Shown piece by piece: positions 17,306 through 28,325 of a stretch of DNA of 64,000 nt. Origin of the DNA: a virus; IMG/VR virus record IMGVR_UViG_3300044712_000991, positions 1 through 64,000 of that record; one strand, written 5' to 3'. Position 1 is the stretch's first letter. Each line of letters begins with the position of its first letter. A program made the position numbers and the translations under genes. The notes under the pieces were generated by a model that searched no databases, had not been told where the DNA came from, and was given only the letters and a program-made list of their open reading frames with translations.

Positions 17306-18154
17306 CTACTTCTCTAGTAAAAGGGTTTCCTTCGTACGGGCAATCACGGGATGTACGGTGCCCTTGATGGAGTCCACAATGGTCTGCATTATGACCTGCA
17401 CCAACTGTGGTTGGTCAGGGAGCCGTTCTTCAAGGGAGGTCTGTGTACGTCTAAGCATCTGCACCAGCTGTGCTTCCACATCCATCAGGGAGGTATTGGC
17501 TATCTGAATGATGGTCGTATTCGCCCCAGGCTTCGTAGCCTTGTTCGCGTTTGCTACTGTCTTCTGAATATCCGACTGTATGGCATCTATCTGATTGATA
17601 ATGCTCCGGATGTTCACACTCACATCCCTCGATAGCAGACCGAAGTCTACGGGAACTGATCCCGATACCGTGCTACCGTAGGTAGCAAGCATGCGTTTAG
17701 GAAGCCTCCCCTCATCGAGGTCAGTTCGTTCACTCATCGAGAGTTCCAACTGCTTCTGAAGTTCGAACAAGTTGTTCAACCGTTGCCGATACAGTTCCTC
17801 CGCCATCTCGGTCTTACTCATGCTCTTATCGAACCGCATGTTGTACGCCCTCTGAAGCATCGAAGTAAAATCCTCACGTATACCGAGCGTTCGGAGGTCT
17901 CCTTCGGACAGATTTACGGGGGTGCAATGCTTTCGGTGGAGGCGGATATTGTGATCGTAGATGGGCAACTGGTGCATCATCCGTGGGCGATAGTACTCGC
18001 CTATCTCCGCCTGTGTGCGGCGCTGATAGAGGTCATCGAGCGTGAACTCACACAAATCGCGCATCGAGAGTTCACGGCACATCTTGCACTCTCGGGGTTT
18101 ATGTGTGAACGCTTTCGATACGATAGCTATGAATGCTTCGTCAGAAAGTTCCAT
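17306..18154 (-). CDS. Possible terminase small subunit / Zn-binding helical protein
   Basis: Immediately upstream of terL. CKMC and H..LHRKHC motifs followed by coiled-coil helices. The call rests on position only. Confidence 0.35.
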   Translation of the reverse strand: MELSDEAFIAIVSKAFTHKPRECKMCRELSMRDLCEFTLDDLYQRRTQAEIGEYYRPRMMHQLPIYDHNIRLHRKHCTPVNLSEGDLRTLGIREDFTSMLQRAYNMRFDKSMSKTEMAEELYRQRLNNLFELQKQLELSMSERTDLDEGRLPKRMLATYGSTVSGSVPVDFGLLSRDVSVNIRSIINQIDAIQSDIQKTVANANKATKPGANTTIIQIANTSLMDVEAQLVQMLRRTQTSLEERLPDQPQLVQVIMQTIVDSIKGTVHPVIARTKETLLLEK

Positions 18155-18159
18155 ACGAC

Positions 18160-18582
18160 CTAGAAGTAGAGTTTGAAGTCGGGCTTGTTTACTATGGCAT
18201 CGATATCCATAGACCCATCATCGAACGACAGGGGGCCTATATCATCGAGACCATGCGCTAGTGCAGGAGAGATTAACTTGATGGATGCAAAGCGGGGTAT
18301 GGCGGTATTGATGCGCTTTACAACGACCGATGCAGGTACAGCGTCATCATCTGGCCATAGAAGCATAGAGTACTTATCGAAATCGAATCCGAACTCTGCG
18401 AAGTTGTCCTTGACCCACGCGGTGGTATTCATGCCGCGCAGTCGGATAGGATCGAGTACAATATACTCCCACGGGTGATGTATGTCCCCCATGGGAACAG
18501 CAAGTGCTGCGGCTATGCAGTTGTCATCCTGATGAAAGGCTAGCTTGCTGAAAAGAAGAGAACTACGCCAGTTGTTGAGCAT
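18160..18582 (-). CDS. Hypothetical protein
   Basis: 140-aa co-oriented ORF. Confidence 0.55.
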   Translation of the reverse strand: MLNNWRSSLLFSKLAFHQDDNCIAAALAVPMGDIHHPWEYIVLDPIRLRGMNTTAWVKDNFAEFGFDFDKYSMLLWPDDDAVPASVVVKRINTAIPRFASIKLISPALAHGLDDIGPLSFDDGSMDIDAIVNKPDFKLYF

Positions 18583-18748
18583 GCATCTGCGCCTTTGATT
18601 TCTCCCGTCTAGAAACTAGGAGTTCTTTGTATGCATTAGACAATACCACCGTCTTTTTGCACTCGGGACACGGATGCATCTCTTCCGTATCCCGAAATTT
18701 TATTGTGTGTCCACAACTGCAATCGAAAAAGAAATTGTTCAGATGCAT
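18563..18748 (-). CDS. Small Zn-ribbon protein
   Basis: CSCG...CPEC in 61 aa. RBS GAGAGG. Confidence 0.55.
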   Translation of the reverse strand: MHLNNFFFDCSCGHTIKFRDTEEMHPCPECKKTVVLSNAYKELLVSRREKSKAQMHAQQLA

Positions 18749-18760
18749 ACAGCCTCTCGC

Positions 18761-20614
18761 TTATTGTTGAAGTGCCTTACGTGCTTCAGATATCTCGGAA
18801 GCAACGAACAGGAAGTCCTTGAGGATATCACCGAGAACATCGAGATTGAGTTCCGCAACAGCCTTCATACTTGCCTCTGGCTGCATACGCTTCTCGTGCT
18901 CCTTAGACGGTGGGAACTCATACAGCGTGCGTTCCTCAATCCTCGATTTGCTCCGATCCTGCAAGACCTTGACCAACTTATCGATACGCTCTGCGAGATG
19001 CTGATCGATGAGTTTGGCTTCGGCTATGAGTTGCGATACCGTCACGGCGGGGATTACGTCCTTCGTACGCGACACCACCGCCCAGAGTTCCTCGTGATAG
19101 TGCACAAGACCATCCTCGGTCGCAGCGATAGCCTCGTAGACCATTTCAAGCACGGTCTTCAGAAGCTTGTCTTGCTCTTGGATACCTGGAAGAGCCTTGG
19201 CCTGCTCCTGCATCACCGCCTGCTGGTGAGGTTCGGTAGCCTTGGCAAGTTGATCCTTGAGTTCCTGCAACTTCTGGTAGTGCTGTTCAAACTGATCTAG
19301 GAGAACCTTGATGTTCTTCGCGGCTGGTTGGATAACCCCTGGCTCCTCATATCCCTCGACCCCAGGTGCCTTCTTCAAGGTTTTGTGTACCACGGGCGCG
19401 GGTTTGGGTGCTGGGGCGTTCACATCCTCTGGTGATGGGGGTGCAAGATCGATAGCCACCGCCTGTAGCCCTACAGCACGCGCAATAGCATCGGCCTCAA
19501 TACCCTCATACTGGTCGTTCTTCTCCACCTTCCCAGGTTCACGTTCTGGCTGTAGGCCTTTACCACTCTCGATGGCCTTAACCACTGGTCCACCACCACC
19601 AAGAAGTTCCCGAAGTTGCCTGATGGTCATCGACCGTATATACTGGCGATGTTCGTTGTCGAACTTCTCACGATTCGCCACCTGATTCTCATCCATGGTC
19701 TTCATCGGGACGTTGTAGCCCTTGCCCGTGTCAAGTCCTACCGAGTCATCCCGTTTTTCTCCCTTGGGAAACTCCGTAAGACCTATCTGCATGGATTTCT
19801 CCTTCGATGGACTGGCAATCGGTATGCCTTGCTCAGACCTCCCCGTAGCATCCGCATCCCGTTTGTCGGGAGAGAACCCAAGGCCAGCAGCGAGGTGCGC
19901 GAGCCCCGCGTTTCGCAGGTGCGTCAACTGTCTCTCTTTGAAATCCACATCCCCACGCGTCGTGATACCTGCCCGGATGTCCATCCACCGTTTTGGGGTC
20001 GATTGTACAGGAATGGGGGCGGAAGTACTCGCAAGAACATGGGGATTCTTGTGATCCTCATGTCCCTCCTCATCCGAGCCATCGAGGGGGACGTCCGTGG
20101 TATGCACATCTCCACCCGGAAGTTCCACGCCATCAATCACGGTCGCAGTGTCATCCCCCATGGCAGGAGCAACCTCGTTGAACATCTGCGCATCATCCAC
20201 AATCTCCTGGATATCCCCATCAATGCCCTGGGATTCTCGTTCGATGTCCCGGATAGCGTGGTCGATATCCGTGCGCAACATGTCCTGCACCTCGGGTAGA
20301 ACATCCTCAGGAGAAGTCTCGTGAACCCCCTCGTGTGTATCATCGAGGTCTTCACCATTCACAAGATGATCGATGTCTTTTTCCATGCTTGCTCCTAACG
20401 TCTGGGTCTTCATAATCGGTTTGAGCGACTGCACCCCGTTATTCATCTGCACTTCCTGCATAGATGGATTCGGAAGCAATTGCTCCTCCTGGGTCTGGGT
20501 ATTGACCATGACTGTACCCTTACCCGAAGGGTCTTGCTGCTTGGTCGTGTATGTATTACCATCAGCAGGATTGTAGTACTGCGTGTTCGGCTGGGGTGTC
20601 TGGACAGTATTCAT
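18761..20614 (-). CDS. Large acidic hypothetical protein (head-internal/scaffold-like)
   Basis: 617 aa, Asp/Glu-rich, with a C-terminal coiled coil. Lies in the virion operon. RBS AGGGAG. Confidence 0.65.
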   Translation of the reverse strand: MNTVQTPQPNTQYYNPADGNTYTTKQQDPSGKGTVMVNTQTQEEQLLPNPSMQEVQMNNGVQSLKPIMKTQTLGASMEKDIDHLVNGEDLDDTHEGVHETSPEDVLPEVQDMLRTDIDHAIRDIERESQGIDGDIQEIVDDAQMFNEVAPAMGDDTATVIDGVELPGGDVHTTDVPLDGSDEEGHEDHKNPHVLASTSAPIPVQSTPKRWMDIRAGITTRGDVDFKERQLTHLRNAGLAHLAAGLGFSPDKRDADATGRSEQGIPIASPSKEKSMQIGLTEFPKGEKRDDSVGLDTGKGYNVPMKTMDENQVANREKFDNEHRQYIRSMTIRQLRELLGGGGPVVKAIESGKGLQPEREPGKVEKNDQYEGIEADAIARAVGLQAVAIDLAPPSPEDVNAPAPKPAPVVHKTLKKAPGVEGYEEPGVIQPAAKNIKVLLDQFEQHYQKLQELKDQLAKATEPHQQAVMQEQAKALPGIQEQDKLLKTVLEMVYEAIAATEDGLVHYHEELWAVVSRTKDVIPAVTVSQLIAEAKLIDQHLAERIDKLVKVLQDRSKSRIEERTLYEFPPSKEHEKRMQPEASMKAVAELNLDVLGDILKDFLFVASEISEARKALQQ

Positions 20615-20625
20615 AGGTCTCCCTG

Positions 20626-21417
20626 TTACTTCGGCACCGCTTGGAACCTTGTCGGGTCTGGTTTGCGGAAGTTCGGAAGATCGCTACGGCGACGAACTTC
20701 CTTGGTGGGCTTCGTGAACTCTATACCACGCAGAAGTTCACCCACGGCCTCCCGTGTGAATGGATGTTCCGTACCATCGGCTGTCGAGAACACTTTGGGC
20801 ATGACCAACTTGTGCGCCGCATCCACCTTGACCGTCGCAGTGACAGTCTTGCGCATCCGTGGTCCGACAAGCCACGAAATATCCGCCGTGATCTCGGTGT
20901 ATCCCTGGAAATGCTTTCCGGCGGTCGCGGCGTTGCTTCCCTTGACGTACTTCGCTCGTGCACCGAACATGCCACAGGAATTGGCAAAGTCGGTCAGCGC
21001 TTGCAGCGCCTTGTACTGTACATGGCGATTCAGCGTGGAGTCCACCATATACGATGGATGCATCTGCCGTTCACTAGCTGCCACCTGGCGGACATCGGCC
21101 ACCGACTGCACATTGGCGTTCGCTGTCATCTGCTTGGCCTGAATGACCTTATGGGGTTGCAGTTCTTCTCCGAACTTGTCCTTCGGAGCAAGACCTTTCG
21201 CGGTCTGGGCACTGACGAACGGGTCTTCTGCGGAGATGACATGCCCCCGCGAATCACGATAACTTACAACCACGCGGTTCGCTGATGCAGTAGTCTTGAG
21301 ACCGACTGCGGATGAAATCTTTGCGCGGGTGTCCTTTGCGACATTGATAACCGCACCGAGATTGAGCCACGAGGGAATCCCGCGACCACTGTTGTTTTTC
21401 AGCAAAGATGTTGACAT
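20626..21417 (-). CDS. Hypothetical virion-associated protein
   Basis: Start refined to MSTSLLK (RBS TAAGGAG). Contains LKTTAS and QMTANA motifs. Confidence 0.65.
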   Translation of the reverse strand: MSTSLLKNNSGRGIPSWLNLGAVINVAKDTRAKISSAVGLKTTASANRVVVSYRDSRGHVISAEDPFVSAQTAKGLAPKDKFGEELQPHKVIQAKQMTANANVQSVADVRQVAASERQMHPSYMVDSTLNRHVQYKALQALTDFANSCGMFGARAKYVKGSNAATAGKHFQGYTEITADISWLVGPRMRKTVTATVKVDAAHKLVMPKVFSTADGTEHPFTREAVGELLRGIEFTKPTKEVRRRSDLPNFRKPDPTRFQAVPK

Positions 21418-21461
21418 GTGTGTCTCCTTAGAACGATGATGGTTGTAGACTCTCGAAGCCA

Positions 21462-23420
21462 TTAAAACTGCGTGGGATTCTCCGTCTGTGCGAAGTCTGC
21501 CTTTGGCTGCCCATTGACGGGCGGCGGTTGTGCGGGTGTAGGAGCCCCCGCCTCGGGTGGTGCACCCGCCCCACCAACAGGCGGCTGTGCGCCTTGAATA
21601 GCCTGATCGATGGCATCGAGTGCGGGTGGCTTGTCGAACTTCACCGTGACGCTATTGGTGTTCGGGTCCACGCTCATCTGAAACTTCTGCTTGTCCCCCG
21701 CTTCGGGTGCCGATTGACTGTCATATAGCGGTGCTGCATTGGTCGTATCCGCTGTCGGGGGAGCCCCCTGTTGAAGAGCTGGATTCGGAGGAAGTGGCTG
21801 TGCGCCACCCTCCCCCGCCTCATTCTGCGACTGCGAATTCGTCCAACCCATCGGAGGGACTTGATCGGAAACATCTACTGCGACCGCCATGAGGTTCGCG
21901 AGAATATCCTCATCATCGGCGTGTGCTTCAACAACATGCACCCCACCAACACGAATGAGTTCCCCAGTGTCAGGGCGACGAATGGTCATCCCTACCTTGG
22001 GCGCACTCTGCAACGGCACGGCGATCTTCTGCCCATCCTCGTTCACGTACGAATACACGGGCTCAAACCCCGCGTACTCCTCCGTCACAAGGTTCACAAT
22101 CTTCGAACCGAAGTGGGTGAGGTTGCGGATCGTGGATGCCATGGGGGTGTTCGCAGCACCATTGCTCACGAGCGCCACCTTGGAATTCCACATCACATGA
22201 GGCTGTACAGACCCACCCGAGGATGGTGGTTGCACGCCCAACGTGGTAGGCCACATCACAGCGTTCTTGAACTCAACGGCCTCCATGTTCTCCACCGCTT
22301 CATCCGAGAAGTCCTTGAGGTTCATCGTGGGCATCGCACGGAAGTAGTGAATTCGCCCCACCTCGGGACTCTTGATATACAGGTACATCGGTGGTTGCTG
22401 CGGTGTGGTCACCTGCCACAACTGACCAGGTTGAAGACCCCGAAGGAACTCACCCAGCGACTGAGGTGTCTGTGAAGCGGCACCCAGTCCTTCCGCCTGA
22501 ACACGCTTCGATGACATGGCCATCGGAGGGGCTTGCGGTGCTGGTGCCTGAGGTGCTGGGATGTTGCCACCCTGTCCAGCCGCAGGAGCTTCCGGCGGTG
22601 CTGCGCCTTCCTCTGGCGGTGCATCCTCACCTTCTTTGGCAGGAACTTCCGCAGGTTCCGACTCGGTACCTCCAACTCCACCTGCCATCTCCTCGACCTG
22701 CTTGAAGAACTCCTCGCCCTTCTGTGGGTCGTTGAACTCGACGGTAACCTTCGCAGTCCCGCCCTGTCCACCCTGATCGAGTGTGAGATTCTTGGTCACC
22801 ACCCCAGGAGCGATGGGCACATCCTTCTTTGGTCCCTCGGCCACCGAGCGGAGAACAGCACTGACACTCGCCTTCTTGGATGCCATGATTTCGATTTTGC
22901 TCGGGTCATCCACGAACGATGCTTGACCAGTCTCGTCGTACACCACAATCATCCGCTTATCGATACCCCTGCGATACTCCCTTTGTACAGTTCCGTGGCG
23001 ACCTGTCGCACGGTCAAACACGCGGGTTCCCTGTGGCACCAGATCGCCACCTTGGTCGGATGCGATAGATGCTACGGTATCCCTGATGATATCCTCATCG
23101 TCGGTCGTGTACACCACGAGCCACTCGACCTGCTTACCTGTCACAGGATCGGGGAGAACTTCCTTCTGCCACACCGTGGGTACCATCGGGTCTTCCGAGG
23201 CCACGGTGAACAACCCGAACCCGACATCCGAGAATCCGTACTGTTCGCGCTCTGCGAACGCCACCCGCCCTGTACTCAACGGGCTCTCCACGGAGGCTGT
23301 CGTACGCAGCGCATCCGCAGCAGTCTGATTAGCAGCGAGACTTTCCAACGCTTTGGTGGCAATTGCTTGAGCGGTGGGGGACATCACATGATGTCGGCGG
23401 TTCTGCGAAGCGAAGGACAT
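21462..23420 (-). CDS. Modular Pro/Ala/Gln-rich hypothetical virion protein with an SH3/KOW-like module
   Basis: Start refined to MSFASQN (RBS AAGGAG). GTRVFDRATGRHGTV...MIVVYDETG module. Linkers RTTAS, SKKAS and KRVQA. Confidence 0.65.
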   Translation of the reverse strand: MSFASQNRRHHVMSPTAQAIATKALESLAANQTAADALRTTASVESPLSTGRVAFAEREQYGFSDVGFGLFTVASEDPMVPTVWQKEVLPDPVTGKQVEWLVVYTTDDEDIIRDTVASIASDQGGDLVPQGTRVFDRATGRHGTVQREYRRGIDKRMIVVYDETGQASFVDDPSKIEIMASKKASVSAVLRSVAEGPKKDVPIAPGVVTKNLTLDQGGQGGTAKVTVEFNDPQKGEEFFKQVEEMAGGVGGTESEPAEVPAKEGEDAPPEEGAAPPEAPAAGQGGNIPAPQAPAPQAPPMAMSSKRVQAEGLGAASQTPQSLGEFLRGLQPGQLWQVTTPQQPPMYLYIKSPEVGRIHYFRAMPTMNLKDFSDEAVENMEAVEFKNAVMWPTTLGVQPPSSGGSVQPHVMWNSKVALVSNGAANTPMASTIRNLTHFGSKIVNLVTEEYAGFEPVYSYVNEDGQKIAVPLQSAPKVGMTIRRPDTGELIRVGGVHVVEAHADDEDILANLMAVAVDVSDQVPPMGWTNSQSQNEAGEGGAQPLPPNPALQQGAPPTADTTNAAPLYDSQSAPEAGDKQKFQMSVDPNTNSVTVKFDKPPALDAIDQAIQGAQPPVGGAGAPPEAGAPTPAQPPPVNGQPKADFAQTENPTQF

Positions 23421-23431
23421 AGGGGTACTCC

Positions 23432-23596
23432 TTAATGTGTTTCTGTGGAACATGCGAGGCAGACCTCTACGGGTGCCTGCAATGAGGACATCTTGAGAAC
23501 AAGTTCGTGTTTGGGAACAAACCGATGACAACGCGGACACTTCACTTGTGTCTCCTTCGCTGGATCGATCATAGCGGTTACCTGCTTCGTCAGCAT
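23432..23596 (-). CDS. 54-aa CxxC-x22-CxxC Zn-finger protein (below the ORF-track cutoff)
   Basis: MLTKQVTAMIDPAKETQVKCPRCHRFVPKHELVLKMSSLQAPVEVCLACSTETH*. Its stop abuts the RBS of the next gene. Confidence 0.65.
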   Translation of the reverse strand: MLTKQVTAMIDPAKETQVKCPRCHRFVPKHELVLKMSSLQAPVEVCLACSTETH

Positions 23597-23621
23597 ACTG
23601 TTAGTCCTGTACTGTCATCCA

Positions 23622-23629
23622 ATAGATAG
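23622..23629 (-). promoter_or_regulatory. Candidate late-promoter motif CTATCTAT (copy 3)
   Basis: Plus strand ATAGATAG between the terminator and the first gene of the virion operon. Confidence 0.5.
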
Positions 23630-23664
23630 AAAATTAGTATGACTTTTTATAGACGTATACCCCC

Positions 23665-23699
23665 AAAAAACAAAAAAGGGGTGCCCAATGGACACCCCT
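23665..23699 (-). terminator. Intrinsic (Rho-independent) terminator
   Basis: Minus strand AGGGGTGTCC-ATT-GGGCACCCCT (10 bp with one G-U pair) followed by TTTTTGTTTTTT. Confidence 0.85.
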
Positions 23700-23722
23700 C
23701 AGAACCACCCTCATCCCCGCCC

Positions 23723-24226
23723 CTAGTACGTCCAGAGAACCTCTCCCACCACCTGGACAAGGGTTTTTGTCAATTTGTCGCTAAAATACAGAGGAACTCC
23801 CGAAACTACCCCGATGGAGGAACTCTGCGCCAACACCTTCTGCAACGCGAGCATTCCCACGGTCGGCTCGTACGCATCCACAGCCTGTTTCAAGGCCGCA
23901 AAACTGATAAGCACCGCGAGCGGGAATCTGTCCTTGGTCTGAAGATACCGTATTTGCTTCATGATCAGCGCTAGCAGTCCCCGGTCAGCCAAGATGGCCT
24001 GTCGCACCAGAGTCTGGGCATCCTCCAAAGAGGAGTCTTTGTACACCGCGGGCACACCATCCGTGTAGAATGTACACTTCTTACACAGTTGGCATACGGA
24101 AGCTTGAACTACCTGGACAGACCACCCCGCGTCCCCACCATCCTCCGTGGATGTGAAGGGACAAAAGTCGGGCGCGTAGATAGTGCCTCTCCGGGGATCA
24201 AAGACCTTCAGTTCCACATCGGGCAT
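23723..24226 (-). CDS. Hypothetical protein
   Basis: 167-aa ORF directly after groEL, with a CQLCKKC motif. Confidence 0.6.
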   Translation of the reverse strand: MPDVELKVFDPRRGTIYAPDFCPFTSTEDGGDAGWSVQVVQASVCQLCKKCTFYTDGVPAVYKDSSLEDAQTLVRQAILADRGLLALIMKQIRYLQTKDRFPLAVLISFAALKQAVDAYEPTVGMLALQKVLAQSSSIGVVSGVPLYFSDKLTKTLVQVVGEVLWTY

Positions 24227-24227
24227 A

Positions 24228-25880
<1,653 letters not shown>

Positions 25881-25898
25881 CTAGTGATACGAGGTATA

Positions 25899-26540
25899 TT
25901 AGTTGCTATCTACACGGGACACATGACTCACACCCTGCTCGTCCTGCTCGACATGATAATGGAGAGCACCGATGGCGCAAATAGCCTCATCGTGGGTCAC
26001 TATGAGAATCTGCCGATTGAATCGCGTGGCGAACGAGAGTATGAGTTCGCCAAAGGCTGGTTGATGCTTCCTATCCACGAACCTCCCAGGTTCATCGAGT
26101 ACCACCGGCCCTTCGAGCCCGAAGAGTTCAAGCAGTACGAAGCGCAGAACGAGACTGATGACATCCAACACCCCACCACCCTTCATGTCCTCGATGTCCC
26201 CCTGTACGGTATTCCCGAGAGCATCGGTAATGCTGAAACTGACAACCACCTGGTTCCGTTCAAACCCAAACTCGATGCCGAACCGTAGGTCGTACCCGAA
26301 AACCGCTCGGAGCGCCTCGGTCACGAGGGGCTCGATGTAGTCCCGCACCTCCTGCTCGGACAACTTTGACAGGAGTTCGAGAACCGTGCGAGCCTTGGTG
26401 TTCAACGCAAGTTCGTGCTCCGCTATCCGTATCCCCGCTTCCACTTGGGTCAGTTCGCGGTCAAGAAGTTGCATCTGTCCGAGGCGTTGGTTGTACTCCG
26501 CACTCGCCTTGCTCAGGCGTGTCTCGATATCAGACCGCAT
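25899..26540 (-). CDS. Rad50/SbcC C-terminal half (ABC signature, Walker B, H-loop)
   Basis: Coiled coil followed by MKGGGVLDVISL (signature-like), VVLDEP (Walker B) and IVTHD. Confidence 0.8.
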   Translation of the reverse strand: MRSDIETRLSKASAEYNQRLGQMQLLDRELTQVEAGIRIAEHELALNTKARTVLELLSKLSEQEVRDYIEPLVTEALRAVFGYDLRFGIEFGFERNQVVVSFSITDALGNTVQGDIEDMKGGGVLDVISLVLRFVLLELFGLEGPVVLDEPGRFVDRKHQPAFGELILSFATRFNRQILIVTHDEAICAIGALHYHVEQDEQGVSHVSRVDSN

Positions 26541-26790
26541 TCAGGATGGCCTCCGCCTGGGTAAGGAGCGCTTCGAGAGCCGTAAGATCGGTATCGACTT
26601 GAGCCTCCTGCTCCTGGATGTACTTCGGGAGCTCGTTGATGTCCTCAATACCAAGTTCCTTGATCTTCTGCACGGTCTGATTGTACTTGTCGGTCTGCAT
26701 CTGCAACAGCGCGAGTTTCTGTGAACGTAGTTGCTCGCACTTGGTGACCCTCTGCTTGGCGGCGTTCAGCCGTTCTGTGGCGGTGGCCAT
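26530..26790 (-). CDS. Small coiled-coil protein (probable third piece of the split Rad50)
   Basis: 86 aa, entirely heptad-like, overlapping the start of the C-terminal half. Confidence 0.55.
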   Translation of the reverse strand: MATATERLNAAKQRVTKCEQLRSQKLALLQMQTDKYNQTVQKIKELGIEDINELPKYIQEQEAQVDTDLTALEALLTQAEAILNAV

Positions 26791-26811
26791 AGTGTCCTCA
26801 GTAATGGATAG

Positions 26812-27849
26812 TTATTCTTTTGAACCTTCGATACTCGCTACAACCCGCTCGGAAATCTCCTGCCGCTCCTCAGGGGTCTCACCCCCGAATGTCTTCGCGA
26901 CAATCTCCGGGATGTGTTGCCGGAAGTCCATCTTCTTCAACTGCATCCCTGATATCATCTTCATCAGACCCGAGAAGTCCGTCATGGGCGATCCTTCAAT
27001 CTTGTCCTTGTCCGCATCGCTCGCAAACGGATGTACCGCCGCATCCTCGAACTTGATGTACCGATACTCAAGTACCCCAAGGAAAGGGTCTACGGAGAAG
27101 AAGAATCCACGGATGTCCCGCACTGGACCATTTTCTGTCCTCGCGAGCGACCCAGGGTTGATGTACATTGTCCTGCCCGTGAACGACTTGTCATTCGCCA
27201 CCACAATCGGAGAAGGCCACCCACTGTGGATATGCCCCGAGAGCACCACATCCGCGCTGATATACGGATGGATGTCATCAATGGTCTGATGTGGCCACGG
27301 AACCTTCTTATTAAACAGGTCGCCATGGATCATCTGAATGACCACATTGTGCTTGTCGTGCTCTGCGGTGAAAAAGTTCGCTGGATCGTGTGCGAGGTTG
27401 GCGGAGTGGGAAGTGCCTGTGACCCGTACGGGGCAGTACACACCATCCCCGCGTGTGTATGGCACATCGATAAAGTCGGGAAAACCATCTGTACCGTTGC
27501 CCACGATGGACATCACATCGTTCACAACGAGATTGCCCAACCCCGTGCGCCGGAGAGTCTTCATCTGAAAACCATTGTAGTCGTGAGAGCCTACCACCCC
27601 GATCTTTCCGCAGGGGATGCGCCGCCACACAGCACTCACATCGTTGATGACTGCCGTAGGAACATCGAAACGGTCAAACAGATCGCCCCCCATGAGCACC
27701 GTGTGCACATTGTTCGCCTCGACTATCCTGATAATCTCATCTTGCTTGGCGAGCAGGGCGTGGGCGAAGTTATCCGTGCGCCCCTTGGGATTATCCCGTT
27801 CGGAGCGATTGTGCAGGTCGGTGACGAAGAAGAAGTTCAGAATGCTCAC
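26812..27849 (-). CDS. Mre11/SbcD-like metallophosphoesterase nuclease
   Basis: VTDLH, GGDLFD, GSHD, IHGD, SGHIH and NPGS. Flanked by the Rad50 halves. Confidence 0.85.
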   Translation of the reverse strand: MSILNFFFVTDLHNRSERDNPKGRTDNFAHALLAKQDEIIRIVEANNVHTVLMGGDLFDRFDVPTAVINDVSAVWRRIPCGKIGVVGSHDYNGFQMKTLRRTGLGNLVVNDVMSIVGNGTDGFPDFIDVPYTRGDGVYCPVRVTGTSHSANLAHDPANFFTAEHDKHNVVIQMIHGDLFNKKVPWPHQTIDDIHPYISADVVLSGHIHSGWPSPIVVANDKSFTGRTMYINPGSLARTENGPVRDIRGFFFSVDPFLGVLEYRYIKFEDAAVHPFASDADKDKIEGSPMTDFSGLMKMISGMQLKKMDFRQHIPEIVAKTFGGETPEERQEISERVVASIEGSKE

Positions 27850-28325
27850 TTGTTCCCCGCAGTCAAGAGTTTCTGGAAGCCCGTGCGCTCTGCGACCTCG
27901 AACAGGGTCTCCTTACTCCGTGGGTCGTACAGGTAACCCATGAAAATCTTGAACGGGTGCACCTGGTGTACGCGGATCATCGTCAATTGAATCTCCATCC
28001 AGTCCTTGAGCACTCTCCAAGCTGTGCGATTGGCCTGTTCAACGATACGGGCACGGGTGCCCTTGTGTGCCCGTTTGATGTCCGCAAGCATGGCATCCGC
28101 GAACTTTGCGGTATCGGAGGGAAGTTTGAACATCATGGACACATCGTTGACCTTGATGGTGAACGTGAAGCCCACAACGATACGGTCACCTTCGGAGTTC
28201 TCCTCATACTCCTTGAGAATCATATCCGCACCTGCTAGCGCCAGCAGTTCTTCCATCTCGGATATGCTCTTGCTCACACTCACATTAGAAGTGTGATTCT
28301 TGATCCCGAAAGTTTTCTTACGCAT
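27846..28325 (-). CDS. Conserved-looking phage hypothetical protein
   Basis: Start refined to MRKKTF. SKSISEMEELL...GA and QANRTAWRVLKDW segments. Confidence 0.6.
   Translation of the reverse strand: MRKKTFGIKNHTSNVSVSKSISEMEELLALAGADMILKEYEENSEGDRIVVGFTFTIKVNDVSMMFKLPSDTAKFADAMLADIKRAHKGTRARIVEQANRTAWRVLKDWMEIQLTMIRVHQVHPFKIFMGYLYDPRSKETLFEVAERTGFQKLLTAGNK

Noticed and set aside
21462-23540. ORF-track upstream starts (for example 23540, 30558, 40083, 49267, 53638, 61571)
   Set aside because: They overlap upstream genes. Downstream ATGs with RBSs or ATGA/TAATG coupling are better supported and were used instead.
23723-24226. Major capsid protein or GroES identity for the ORF after groEL
   Set aside because: It has only a short 'GVPLYFSD' resemblance to capsid P-domain strands, is too short for a capsid protein, and has no GroES mobile-loop pattern.
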